A stretch of 64,000 bases of DNA from Candidatus Krumholzibacteriota bacterium (GTDB lineage Bacteria; Krumholzibacteriota; Krumholzibacteriia; JAJRXK01): positions 1 to 64,000 of the forward strand of contig CAVXTH010000003.1 of NCBI GenBank assembly GCA_963764625.1, in the 5' to 3' direction. A model generated the notes under the pieces. The model was not told where the DNA came from. It searched no databases and saw only the letters and a program-made list of their open reading frames with translations. Positions within the stretch are counted from its first letter, which is position 1. Every line of letters begins with the position of its first letter. The translations under genes were made by a program, and so were the position numbers. Positions 25,620 to 34,477 of this stretch are shown here, piece after piece.

Positions 25620-26540
25620 TCAACCCAGGGCCGAAGGATACAACCGCCCCTCTCCCACCACGACCGCCTTGCCCCCTACCCGCACCGACTCGATCGCTCC
25701 GCCGCGGGATTGTACTTCCACCAGAACGTGGCCCGGGCGATGAATCTCGAATCCCTGCTCGGTGACGATCCGCGTCGTGGGCGTGACGTGTACCGCCCGG
25801 TGCTTCACCAGGTAGGCTCCCAGGCTCCCGCTCGCGCTCCCGCTGGCCGGGTCCTCGGGGATCCCGAACGAGGGGGCGAACATCCGGCAGTGCACCGTCG
25901 CGTCCTCCTGCTCGGTCTCGAAAGTGAAGACGAAGAGATCGCTGAAACCGAGTCCTTTCTGGATCTCGGCCAGCTTCTCCGGATGCAAGCTGATGTGCCG
26001 AACCGCGTCCAGGCTCCCCACCGGTACGATGTGAACCGGAAGACCGGTGCTGACGACCTCGCAGGGAAGCCCGGTGATCGCGAGATCGGACGGATGCAAA
26101 CCCAGGGCTTCGGCCACGCAGTCCTGCCGGTGAAACTGCCCCAGGAAGACGGGTCGCTGCTGGGTCATCACCACGCTTTGCAGCGCGCCGCTGCTCTCCT
26201 CGCGCAAAATGCTCACCGGAATGGCTCCGGTCTCGAGGTCGAGCACGAGGTCGTCGTGTTCGCGTCCCAGCAAACCCTCCGACTCCAGCGCATAGACCGC
26301 CCCCACGATGGGGTGCCCCGCGAAGGGGATCTCGGCTTCTGGGGTGAAGATGCGAAGGGTTCGAAACGACTCGGCTCGCTGAGGAGGCAAAACGAAGGTG
26401 GTCTCCGGAAGGTTCAGCTCGCGCGCGATCTCCTGCATCTGCCGGGGCGCGATGCCCTCGGTATCGGGAAAGACGGCCAATTGGTTTCCGCCGAACGGCC
26501 TCTCGGTGAACACGTCCACCAAGATGAATCGCAGCGCCAT
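25620..26540 (-). CDS. PhzF-family isomerase
   Basis: VDVFT..PFGGNQLAV, ELNLPET, EIPFAGHP and EDPASGSA motifs. Confidence 0.92.
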   Translation of the reverse strand: MALRFILVDVFTERPFGGNQLAVFPDTEGIAPRQMQEIARELNLPETTFVLPPQRAESFRTLRIFTPEAEIPFAGHPIVGAVYALESEGLLGREHDDLVLDLETGAIPVSILREESSGALQSVVMTQQRPVFLGQFHRQDCVAEALGLHPSDLAITGLPCEVVSTGLPVHIVPVGSLDAVRHISLHPEKLAEIQKGLGFSDLFVFTFETEQEDATVHCRMFAPSFGIPEDPASGSASGSLGAYLVKHRAVHVTPTTRIVTEQGFEIHRPGHVLVEVQSRGGAIESVRVGGKAVVVGEGRLYPSALG

Positions 26541-26559
26541 GAGGGGCTCCCTGACAAAA

Positions 26560-26602
26560 GCAAAGCGGGACTGGGTTTACCATACCCATGCCCCGCCTTT
26601 GC
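26560..26602 (-). terminator. Possible terminator downstream of glnA
   Basis: Imperfect hairpin GCAAAG.CGGG...CCCG.CTTTGC followed by TTTT on the minus strand. Confidence 0.35.
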
Positions 26603-26647
26603 GTCCAGTCCCGTCAGCCCCAAGGCCCGTCTGCGCCGGTGATAAGG

Positions 26648-27970
26648 CTAGAAGACCGCCAGGTAGCGCTCGTGCTCCCAACCGTGGACGTGGCTGATGA
26701 AGTCGTGCCACTCCTCTTCCTTGGCGGTCAGATAGTGTTCAAAGATGTGCTCTCCGAGAGCGTCGCGCACCACCTTGTCCTTTTGCAGGAAGCCCAGGGC
26801 CTCTTGCAGATCGGCCGGCAGCTGATCGATCTTGAGGCGCCGCTTCTCCCTTTGGCTCATGGCGAACACGTTGCGGTTCACCGGCTCGCCCGGATCGATC
26901 TTGTTCGCGAGCCCGTCCAGCCCCGAGGCCAGCATCACCGCGAAGGCCAGGTAGGGATTGCAGCTCGGATCGGGCATCCGCAGCTCCACCCGGGTGCCGA
27001 TCCCGCGCCGGGCCGGAACGCGGCACAGGGGCGAACGATTCCGCTCCGACCAGGCCACGTTCACCGGCGCTTCGTAGCCGGGAACCAGCCGCTTGTACGA
27101 ATTCACGAGCGGATTCGTGATCGAGCAGATGGCGCGCGCGTGACGCAGGAGCCCTCCTATGTAGTTGAGAGCCACCTCGCTCAGCTGGTACTCCTTGCGG
27201 GCCGCGTAGAAAGTGTTCTTGCCGGCCTTGAACAGGCTCTGGTGCACGTGCATCCCGTTCCCATTGTGTCCGTAGATGGGCTTGGGCATGAAGGTGGCGT
27301 GCAGATCGTGGTCGTTCGCGACCTTCTTCACCACCAAACGGAAGAGCATCGCGCGGTCGGCCGTGGTGAGGGCGTCGGCGTACTTGAAGTCAATCTCGTG
27401 CTGTCCCGGGGCAACCTCGTGATGCGCGGCTTCCACCTCGATCCCCATGCTCTCCAAGGCGTTGACGATGTCCCTGCGCGCGTCTTCGCCGCGGTCCACC
27501 GGCGCCAGATCGAAGTATCCCCCGCTGTCGTGGGTCGCGATCGTGGGCTTGCCCTCCTCATTGAGCTCGAAGAGAAAGAACTCGAGCTCGGGACCACACA
27601 TCATCTCGTAGCCCAACTTCTTCGCGACTTCGACGTTGCGCTTCAGCGCGAGTCGCGGACAGCCCACGAATGGGCTTTCATCCGGGTTGTAGACGTCGCA
27701 GATCATGCCCGCCCGTTTCCCTCGCGCATCACTCCAGGGAAAGACCACGAACGAGTCGAAGTCGGGTTTGAGGAGCATGTCGCTCTCCTCGATACGGCTG
27801 AACCCCTGGATCGAGGAACCGTCGAACAGGATTTCGCCGTCGACCGCCTTCTCGAACTGGCTTCGGGGCACCTCGACGTTCTTGATGGAACCCATGATGT
27901 CCGTGAAGATGAGACGCATGAATCGAACATCGTGCTTCTTGAGTAGGGCGTGGATCTCTCGCTTGGTCAT
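26648..27970 (-). CDS. glnA: Glutamine synthetase type I (GSI-alpha-like)
   Basis: FDGSSI.GF, GPELEFF, HHEVAPGQHEI, ATFMPKP, NGNGMH, SYKRLVPGYEAP and ELRMPDP motifs. Confidence 0.96.
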   Translation of the reverse strand: MTKREIHALLKKHDVRFMRLIFTDIMGSIKNVEVPRSQFEKAVDGEILFDGSSIQGFSRIEESDMLLKPDFDSFVVFPWSDARGKRAGMICDVYNPDESPFVGCPRLALKRNVEVAKKLGYEMMCGPELEFFLFELNEEGKPTIATHDSGGYFDLAPVDRGEDARRDIVNALESMGIEVEAAHHEVAPGQHEIDFKYADALTTADRAMLFRLVVKKVANDHDLHATFMPKPIYGHNGNGMHVHQSLFKAGKNTFYAARKEYQLSEVALNYIGGLLRHARAICSITNPLVNSYKRLVPGYEAPVNVAWSERNRSPLCRVPARRGIGTRVELRMPDPSCNPYLAFAVMLASGLDGLANKIDPGEPVNRNVFAMSQREKRRLKIDQLPADLQEALGFLQKDKVVRDALGEHIFEHYLTAKEEEWHDFISHVHGWEHERYLAVF

Positions 27971-28297
27971 GCCGGGCTCCTTGAACAGAGAGTTGGGGGA
28001 CGATCGGGACGAGGGAGCAGGCGCTTCACCCGTGACTCGCCACCGGATGAGTGTAGCAACACTTGTGCAGAATCTGCAAGATTTCAGTTACACTTTATCA
28101 AAAGTACCCACGATTTTTTCTAAGTGATCCAAATATATCCAGCAGTATGCAAGATCTTACCACCGCCGCGGGGCTCCCGGGAAGGCCCGGGAGCTCCCTT
28201 CGGGCCCCCGCAATTCCCCTTGTTTCCTTTGCCTCTTCGATTTAGCTTCACCCCATGCCGTCCAGGCATAGCCCCACCGCTGAGCCTAAGAGACATC

Positions 28298-29599
28298 ATG
28301 CCCAAGACTTACGTGCTCGACACCAACGTTCTTCTCCACGACGAGCAGGCCCTGGAATCGTTCGGCGGCGACGACGTCGTGATCGCCCTCGACGTGCTGG
28401 AAGAACTGGATCACTTCAAGACCCACCGGGACGAGTTGGGCCGGGTGGCCCGCTACGTGGCAAGACGACTCGACCTCTTGCGCAAGCGCGGAAACCTCAA
28501 CCTCGGCGTCCCTCTGGACAACGGCGGCTCTCTCATGGTCCGTTTCGGCGAGACGGGAGACAACCTGCCCCCCGCGATGGACCGCTCGATTCCGGACAAC
28601 CGGATCATTGCCACCGCGCTGCGCCTCCGCGACGAGGAGAACCGCGAGGTGGTCTTCGTCTCGAAGGACATCAATGCCCGGCTCAAGAGCGACGCCCTGG
28701 GCCTGTCGACCGAGGACTACGACCGCGAGCGAGTGCAATTCGACGAACTGTGGGATGGATACCGCACGATCTCGCTTCCCGCCCAGGCGATCGATGATTT
28801 CTACCGCGGAACCCCGCTCGAGGCTCCCCAGGACATGCTGCCCAACGAGCTCGCACTCCTGCAGGACAGCGGCAATCCCAAGCACACCGCTCTCGCGCGC
28901 CACGACAGAGCACAGAAGCGAATCGTTCCGCTCCTCTTCGAGAACCGCGCCCCCTGGAAACTTCGGGCCTTGAATCTCCAGCAGCACTTCGCGATCGAAT
29001 TGCTCATGGATCCGAAGGTCAAGCTGGTGACCCTCATTGGTAAGGCGGGCACCGGAAAGACGCTTCTCGCCCTGGCGGCAGGACTCGAGCAGGTCGCCGA
29101 GCAACAGGTCTATCGGCGCATTCTGGTCAGCCGGCCCATCATGCCCCTGGGTAAGGACATCGGCTATCTGCCGGGAAGCAAGGAGGAAAAGCTCGAGAGC
29201 TGGATGGAGCCGATCTTCGACAACTTGAAGTTTCTGGTGGATCCTCTGCTCGAGAGCACCGATGGTAAGATCGACTATCTCTTCGAGAAGGAATGGATCG
29301 AGGTCGAGGCGGTCACCTACATCCGTGGCCGCTCGCTGCCCAAGCTATTCATCATCGTCGACGAAGCGCAGAACCTGACGCCCCACGAAGTCAAGACCAT
29401 CGTGAGTCGCGCGGGCCACGACACCAAGGTCGTGCTCACCGGGGATCCCTATCAGATCGACAATCCGTATCTTGATGCGAGCTCCAACGGACTGACCACG
29501 CTGGTCGAACGCTTCAAGAACCAAGCGCTTTTCGGACACGTCACGCTCACCACCAGCGAGCGGAGCGAGCTGGCCAGCCTCGCGGCCGAGTTGCTGTAG
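28298..29599 (+). CDS. PIN-PhoH (YlaK/YbeZ-like) protein
   Basis: N-terminal PIN domain (YVLDTNVLLHD, VLEELD, DNRI, SKDINAR), then PhoH ATPase (GKAGTGKT, IRGRS, DEAQN, GDP.QID). Confidence 0.93.
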   Translation: MPKTYVLDTNVLLHDEQALESFGGDDVVIALDVLEELDHFKTHRDELGRVARYVARRLDLLRKRGNLNLGVPLDNGGSLMVRFGETGDNLPPAMDRSIPDNRIIATALRLRDEENREVVFVSKDINARLKSDALGLSTEDYDRERVQFDELWDGYRTISLPAQAIDDFYRGTPLEAPQDMLPNELALLQDSGNPKHTALARHDRAQKRIVPLLFENRAPWKLRALNLQQHFAIELLMDPKVKLVTLIGKAGTGKTLLALAAGLEQVAEQQVYRRILVSRPIMPLGKDIGYLPGSKEEKLESWMEPIFDNLKFLVDPLLESTDGKIDYLFEKEWIEVEAVTYIRGRSLPKLFIIVDEAQNLTPHEVKTIVSRAGHDTKVVLTGDPYQIDNPYLDASSNGLTTLVERFKNQALFGHVTLTTSERSELASLAAELL

Positions 29600-29613
29600 A
29601 AACGAGATCCACG

Positions 29614-30378
29614 ATGTATCCGGTGCTCTTTCGACTCGGCCCCCTGAAGCTCTACAGCTTCGGTCTGATGGTAGTCCTCGCGTTTCTCTCCGCGGCATGG
29701 ATCACGGTCAAGGAACTCCGCCGCAAGGGAATCCAACCCGACAACATGGACACCTACCCGCTCTTGGCCCTGGTGGCGGGAATCCTGGGAGCGCGAGTCT
29801 ACTACCTCATCGCCCACTTCCAGGACGTCCTGCGCGATCCGGTACACGCGGTGGTCTCCGGGTCCGGACTGACCTGGTACGGAGGCGCCCTGGGCGGAGT
29901 CATCGCCACCCTGGGCTGGGCCAAGCACAAGGGACAGAGCCTGTGGGCCATGTGCGACGCCTTCGCTCCCGGACTGTCGGTCGCCTACGCGGTCGGGCGC
30001 ATCGGCTGCCACCTCTCCGGAGACGGCGACTACGGGAAGCCCACGACCCTTCCCTGGGGCTACTCCTACGCCAAGGGAATCGTCCCCAGTCCCCCGGGGG
30101 TGCTGTGTCATCCCACCCCGCTCTACGAGTTCTTCGCCATGATGCTCGTGTTCGCCGCGCTCTGGCGACTACGTAAGCATCTGCACGGGAATGGACAGCT
30201 CTTCGGCATCTACCTCGTGCTCGCGGGGACCGAGCGTTTCCTCATCGAGTTCTTGCGCCTGAACACCCCCGTTCTTTTGAACCTCACGGTCGCGCAGTGG
30301 ACCAGCATCCTGGCCGTCCTGCTCGGCGCGATTCTCTTTTGGTCGAGGCGGCCGGCCTCCGGCGCTTCGCTCCAGTGA
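29614..30378 (+). CDS. lgt: Prolipoprotein diacylglyceryl transferase
   Basis: MYPVLF, GARVYY, GLTWYGG, GRIGC...GDYG, HPTPLYE and RFLIEFLR motifs. Confidence 0.93.
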   Translation: MYPVLFRLGPLKLYSFGLMVVLAFLSAAWITVKELRRKGIQPDNMDTYPLLALVAGILGARVYYLIAHFQDVLRDPVHAVVSGSGLTWYGGALGGVIATLGWAKHKGQSLWAMCDAFAPGLSVAYAVGRIGCHLSGDGDYGKPTTLPWGYSYAKGIVPSPPGVLCHPTPLYEFFAMMLVFAALWRLRKHLHGNGQLFGIYLVLAGTERFLIEFLRLNTPVLLNLTVAQWTSILAVLLGAILFWSRRPASGASLQ

Positions 30379-31316
30379 CCGTGGACTGGGGGGACTACTC
30401 TCTCCTGGACTGTGGGGACGAAGCGAAACTGGAACGCTTCGGCGAGATCGTTTTGCAGCGCCCGGCCCCACAGTGTCTCTGGCCCCGCCATCTGCCCGAC
30501 TCGAGCTGGAACGAAGCGGCGGCGCACTACTCGCGCTCGAGCGAGGGCGGCGGTGAGTGGAGCGAGCGTGTTCCGCTTCCCTCCCCTTGGTGGATCGAAA
30601 GCGCGGGGCTGCGGCTCCGGCTGCAGGCCACCGGCTTCGGTCACCTCGGGCTCTTCCCCGAACAACTTCCTCTCTGGGAGTTCATCCGTACGCAGTGCGC
30701 AACCGCCGAGACGAATCCACAAGTCCTGAATCTCTTCGCCTACACCGGCGGCGCCTCGATCGCCGCCGCCCAGGAAGGTGCTCACGTCACCCACTGCGAC
30801 GGAAGCCGGGGTATCGTCCAGTGGGCCAGTGAAAATGCGCAGGCCAATGGGCTCAACGACGAGCGGCATCCGCCAGAAGGCGGTGGCAGCATCCGCTGGA
30901 TCATCGATGACGCCGAGCGGTTTGTCGCGCGCGAAGTGAGGCGAAAGCGGCGCTACGACGCCATCATCCTCGATCCGCCCAGCTTCGGCCGGGGCCCCAA
31001 GGGACAGGTGTGGAAGCTCGAACGCGATCTTCTGAAGCACCTGATCCAGCTGGCCCGGCTGCTGAGCGAGAGCCCGCTCTTCGTCCTGCTCAGCGCGCAC
31101 ACCCCCGGAGTGGACCCTCTCGGCTTGCAGAATCTGCTGGAAAGCGCGTTCCTTCAGGCGAAGCGCGAAACACCGGTCCAGGCCGGTCGCTTCGCCTGCG
31201 GGTGCTTGAGCGTCCCGCAGAGCGATGGAACGCGCCGGCTTCCCAGCGGAAACTGGGCCGCGTGGAGCCACAACGGCGCCATGCCCCAGGCCCTCACCCT
31301 GCACGAGTCCCCATGA
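30375..31316 (+). CDS. Class I SAM-dependent (RlmI/RlmK-like) methyltransferase
   Basis: DYSLLDCGD..KLERFG, HLGLFPEQ, VLNLFAYTG and IILDPPSFGRG motifs. Confidence 0.88.
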   Translation: MTVDWGDYSLLDCGDEAKLERFGEIVLQRPAPQCLWPRHLPDSSWNEAAAHYSRSSEGGGEWSERVPLPSPWWIESAGLRLRLQATGFGHLGLFPEQLPLWEFIRTQCATAETNPQVLNLFAYTGGASIAAAQEGAHVTHCDGSRGIVQWASENAQANGLNDERHPPEGGGSIRWIIDDAERFVAREVRRKRRYDAIILDPPSFGRGPKGQVWKLERDLLKHLIQLARLLSESPLFVLLSAHTPGVDPLGLQNLLESAFLQAKRETPVQAGRFACGCLSVPQSDGTRRLPSGNWAAWSHNGAMPQALTLHESP

Positions 31317-32119
31317 GCTTGGACCCACCCATCATCAGCAGCGCCCAAAACCCGCGCATCAAGGAACTGGTCAAGCTCCTCGATCGGCGGACGCGCAAAC
31401 AGACAGGACTCACCCGCATCGACGGCGCCCGCGAGTTGCTGCGCGCGCTCGACGGCGGTGTCGTGCCCAGGGTCGTTTACGTCTGCGAGGAACTCGTGCA
31501 AGACGAAGAGGGGCGCCTCGCCCTACGCCGGTGCCGCCAGGCGGGAATCGAAATTCAAGCGGTGAGCGCCAAGCTCAGCGAGAAAATCGCGTTCGGCGAG
31601 CGCCGCGAGGGATTGTGCGCCCTCATCGCCTGGCAGCCCCTCGCCCTGGACGAGTTGAGGCTCTCGAAGCAATCCCTGGTTCTCGTGGTCCAGGGAATCG
31701 AGAAACCGGGGAACCTGGGGGCCCTGCTGCGGACCGCGGATGCGGCCGGAGTCGACGCGGTCCTCCTCTGCGACGGGGTGACCGACGTCACCAATCCCAA
31801 CACGATCCGCGCCAGCATGGGCACCCTCTTCACCCTGCCCGTCGCGCAGGCCAGCTCCCCTCAGGCGGAGCGCTTCTTGAAGGAGCACGGCCTCACCGTC
31901 TTCACCGCCCGGCCGCAGTCTTCCACCATGTACTGGAAGGGTAATTTCAAGGCGCCCTGCGCGATCGTGGTCGGCGCGGAACACGAGGGACTTCAGGACA
32001 CTTGGGCAACTCCCGAGTTGATCCCACTCAAGATCCCCATGTTGGGCAAAGCCGATTCTCTCAACGTCAACGTCTCGGCCGCGATCCTTCTCTTCGAAGC
32101 GGTGCGCCAGAGGGCGTGA
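31313..32119 (+). CDS. TrmH/SpoU-family RNA methyltransferase
   Basis: ISSAQNPRIK, EKPGNLGA..RTA, GAEHEGL and IPMLGKADSLNV motifs. Confidence 0.93.
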   Translation: MSLDPPIISSAQNPRIKELVKLLDRRTRKQTGLTRIDGARELLRALDGGVVPRVVYVCEELVQDEEGRLALRRCRQAGIEIQAVSAKLSEKIAFGERREGLCALIAWQPLALDELRLSKQSLVLVVQGIEKPGNLGALLRTADAAGVDAVLLCDGVTDVTNPNTIRASMGTLFTLPVAQASSPQAERFLKEHGLTVFTARPQSSTMYWKGNFKAPCAIVVGAEHEGLQDTWATPELIPLKIPMLGKADSLNVNVSAAILLFEAVRQRA

Positions 32120-32182
32120 GTGCAAGCGAGCACGCCCCGCCGCCCCTCTCCAGCTTACATCCTGGGACTCAGAGGGTCGAGT

Positions 32183-33650
32183 TCAGGCGACGACGGTCTC
32201 GATCCGCGCGATCCCGCTGCGCGTGAGTACGATGCGGTAACGCTTGAGCGTCGGGTTTCCCTCGTGCACCAGCCGTGCCACCAGGTTGAGGTGGTATACC
32301 CGCGTGCCGTGAATGCGCTGGTAGCCCTCGTCATCCATGATGAACAGCTCCTTCTTGGGATCGTCCATCTTGCGCAGGAACTCCTGGATGTTGAGCCGCA
32401 TGATGTCGTTCACGCCCGCGATTTCGTGGTCCGAGAAGATCTGCCGCACCGAGCCGAGGAGAGAGCTGGACGCGCTTGCGGTACAGCAGGGTCTGTTCGC
32501 CACCCCATCCGTTCTCGATCTCCGTGATGTGATCGCGATCTCGCATCGAGTGAATCTCCGCCGGGATCTTCCGCTCCGGAACGAATTCACAGCTCTCCCT
32601 GCAGAGGCCGACCACGCCGCGCGAGGCGCTCTGGATCTTGGTCTTGTGATCGAAGAGGGCGCGCGTCACCCGTCGCGAGATATAGAGGCGAAGGATATCC
32701 TTGATCCGGTCCTTGAAGATGTAGCTGATCACCAGGGCCATGAAGAACGGCGCGGTCAGGGTCCCGTAAACAGATTGCGAGATGAACGCCGCCCCGGTGG
32801 CAAAGACCATCGCCAATCCAGCCGCGAGCCCGAACAGAGTTTGCTCGAGCCACACGCCATCCCGCCGTATCTTGGTGTCGAGAAAGAGAATGCTGGCCAT
32901 GTACTTCTTGAGGACGCTCCGGCGAAAGACGAGCGTCTCGTTGTCGCGCTCCTCTTCCGGGATCGATGGATAACCGCGGCTCTCGCGATACTGGACTTCG
33001 TTCTCGCTCACCGCCAAGAGCTCCTCCCTCAAATCCTGGCTGAGAGCCTCCGCGAACCCCCGCAAACCCTCGAGCAGGTGAAAGGTGTAGTCCTCGACCA
33101 GCAGACTGATGTACTCGTCACCGAACGAATAGAGCTCGAGCGCACGCTCTTCGATCCCCGGCATCTGGATGAATTTCCGGAGTTCTCGATACTCCGTGGT
33201 GATGGATTGAAGCGCGGTGACGTACTCCTTGACCAGACGCCGGCGATCCTCGCGGCGTTCGGTCCTCAGGATGTATTTCACGAAATCGCGCGTCGCGCTC
33301 TTCAGGATGCAACAGAAGATCTTGATCTCGTTTTCGAACGAGTGGGGAAGCCGCACCGGAAGTGCGTTCTCCACCGCCTCGATAGTGCTCCGCAGGAGTC
33401 CCATGGGACTCCGCGGCCCCCGGTCGATCAATAGCAACGGCACCAGGGGAGTCTTCAGTCGAATGTAGGTCTGCAGATCGGTGTAGAACTGTTGCTTGGA
33501 ATAGGTCGAGGGATTGATGCCCAGACTTCTGGGTGCATAGAGATAAAGATCGAGCTCGTACGAGGTGGACCTGACCTCTTCCGGAAGGGTATACCCCAAC
33601 TTCAGTTCGATCTGATAGCGGTCATGAATCCCAATCGACGCTTCCAGCAC
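32183..33650 (-). CDS. Conserved hypothetical protein with a central two-TM hairpin; frameshift near 32455
   Basis: Long ORF 32331..33650 with coding-like composition. The protein-like C-terminus (DIMRLNIQEFLRKMDDP...VYHLNLV...RYRIVLTRSGIARIE) continues in ORF 32183..32590. Confidence 0.7.
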
Positions 33651-33679
33651 GTTCTTCTCGCTCCGTTCCCATCGAGTCT

Positions 33680-33720
33680 AAAAAGAAAATGCGCCCCACC
33701 CTCGCGAAAGAGTGGGGCGC
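33680..33720 (-). terminator. Intrinsic terminator
   Basis: GCGCCCCAC...GTGGGGCGC stem (33691-33720) followed by ATTTTCTTTTT on the minus strand. Confidence 0.75.
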
Positions 33721-33740
33721 CTCACTTTCCGCGGTTACTC

Positions 33741-34383
33741 TCAGCTCTTGCGGCGATAGGTCATCTTCATGTTAGTCATCCAGGTCTTGCCCTGATCCAT
33801 GGACACCGACATCTCCAAGTACACTTCGTCGTCGCCCCTCTTTTCACCCCACGCTTTCGTCAGCTGGGTCCGACCCATCATCATGTCCTCGCCGGACATC
33901 ATGAGTTTTCCGTCCTTGAAGTTGCCGGCCATCTTGGACATGTGGGCCGACATCGTATCGACCCAGTACGATTCGTACTGGCCCGTCTCGCGGTTGAAGG
34001 TGTCGAGTCCGACTCCCTTGAACGGCATTCCCATGACTTGGCTCGTGAAATCCATTCTCTGCATGCATCCATCGAGGGTGGATACGACGCTGGCTTCACC
34101 GGTGTACGATTCCCAGTCCGCCGAGGGATCCATTCTCGCCTGCATGTCCACCGTCCACTCCCCTTGCATGAAAGCGATGTCCTTCATCTGCGCGGGCGGA
34201 CCCATGGGAGGCATGGTGGCGTCGCTCTCCTCGGCCTGGGCCGGGATGTGAAAGGACACCATCGAGAAGAACACGAGGGAAACGACCGCAAGGAATCCGA
34301 TCCACGCAAGAGCGCGGTGAGCGCCCTGAGCTCCATGAGCCCATGGAGTTTCGTAGTCGCATCGATCGCATCCAACTGATCAT
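33741..34383 (-). CDS. DUF1579-like secreted protein; signal-peptide region probably frameshifted
   Basis: Motifs GEW.V, GMPFKGVGLDTFN..TGQYES.WVDTM and M.MTYRR. The hydrophobic signal IGFLAVVSLVFF is in frame, but the start with an RBS (GGAGA, ATG 34383) is in another frame. Confidence 0.7.
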
Positions 34384-34477
34384 TGGAGTCTCCATTCAGC
34401 TCGGGGGATGAAGGCCAGTACGAGAGCCTAGCTTAGCTGGCCCTCCATTTCATCTCATACTTTGGGCCGAGTCGCAA

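Noticed and set aside
25620-26540. Phenazine biosynthesis cluster
   Set aside because: It is a lone PhzF-family gene with no phzA/B/D/E/G nearby.
28298-29599. PIN toxin of a toxin-antitoxin pair
   Set aside because: It is the widespread PIN-PhoH fusion in a housekeeping operon with lgt, and no antitoxin ORF is evident upstream.
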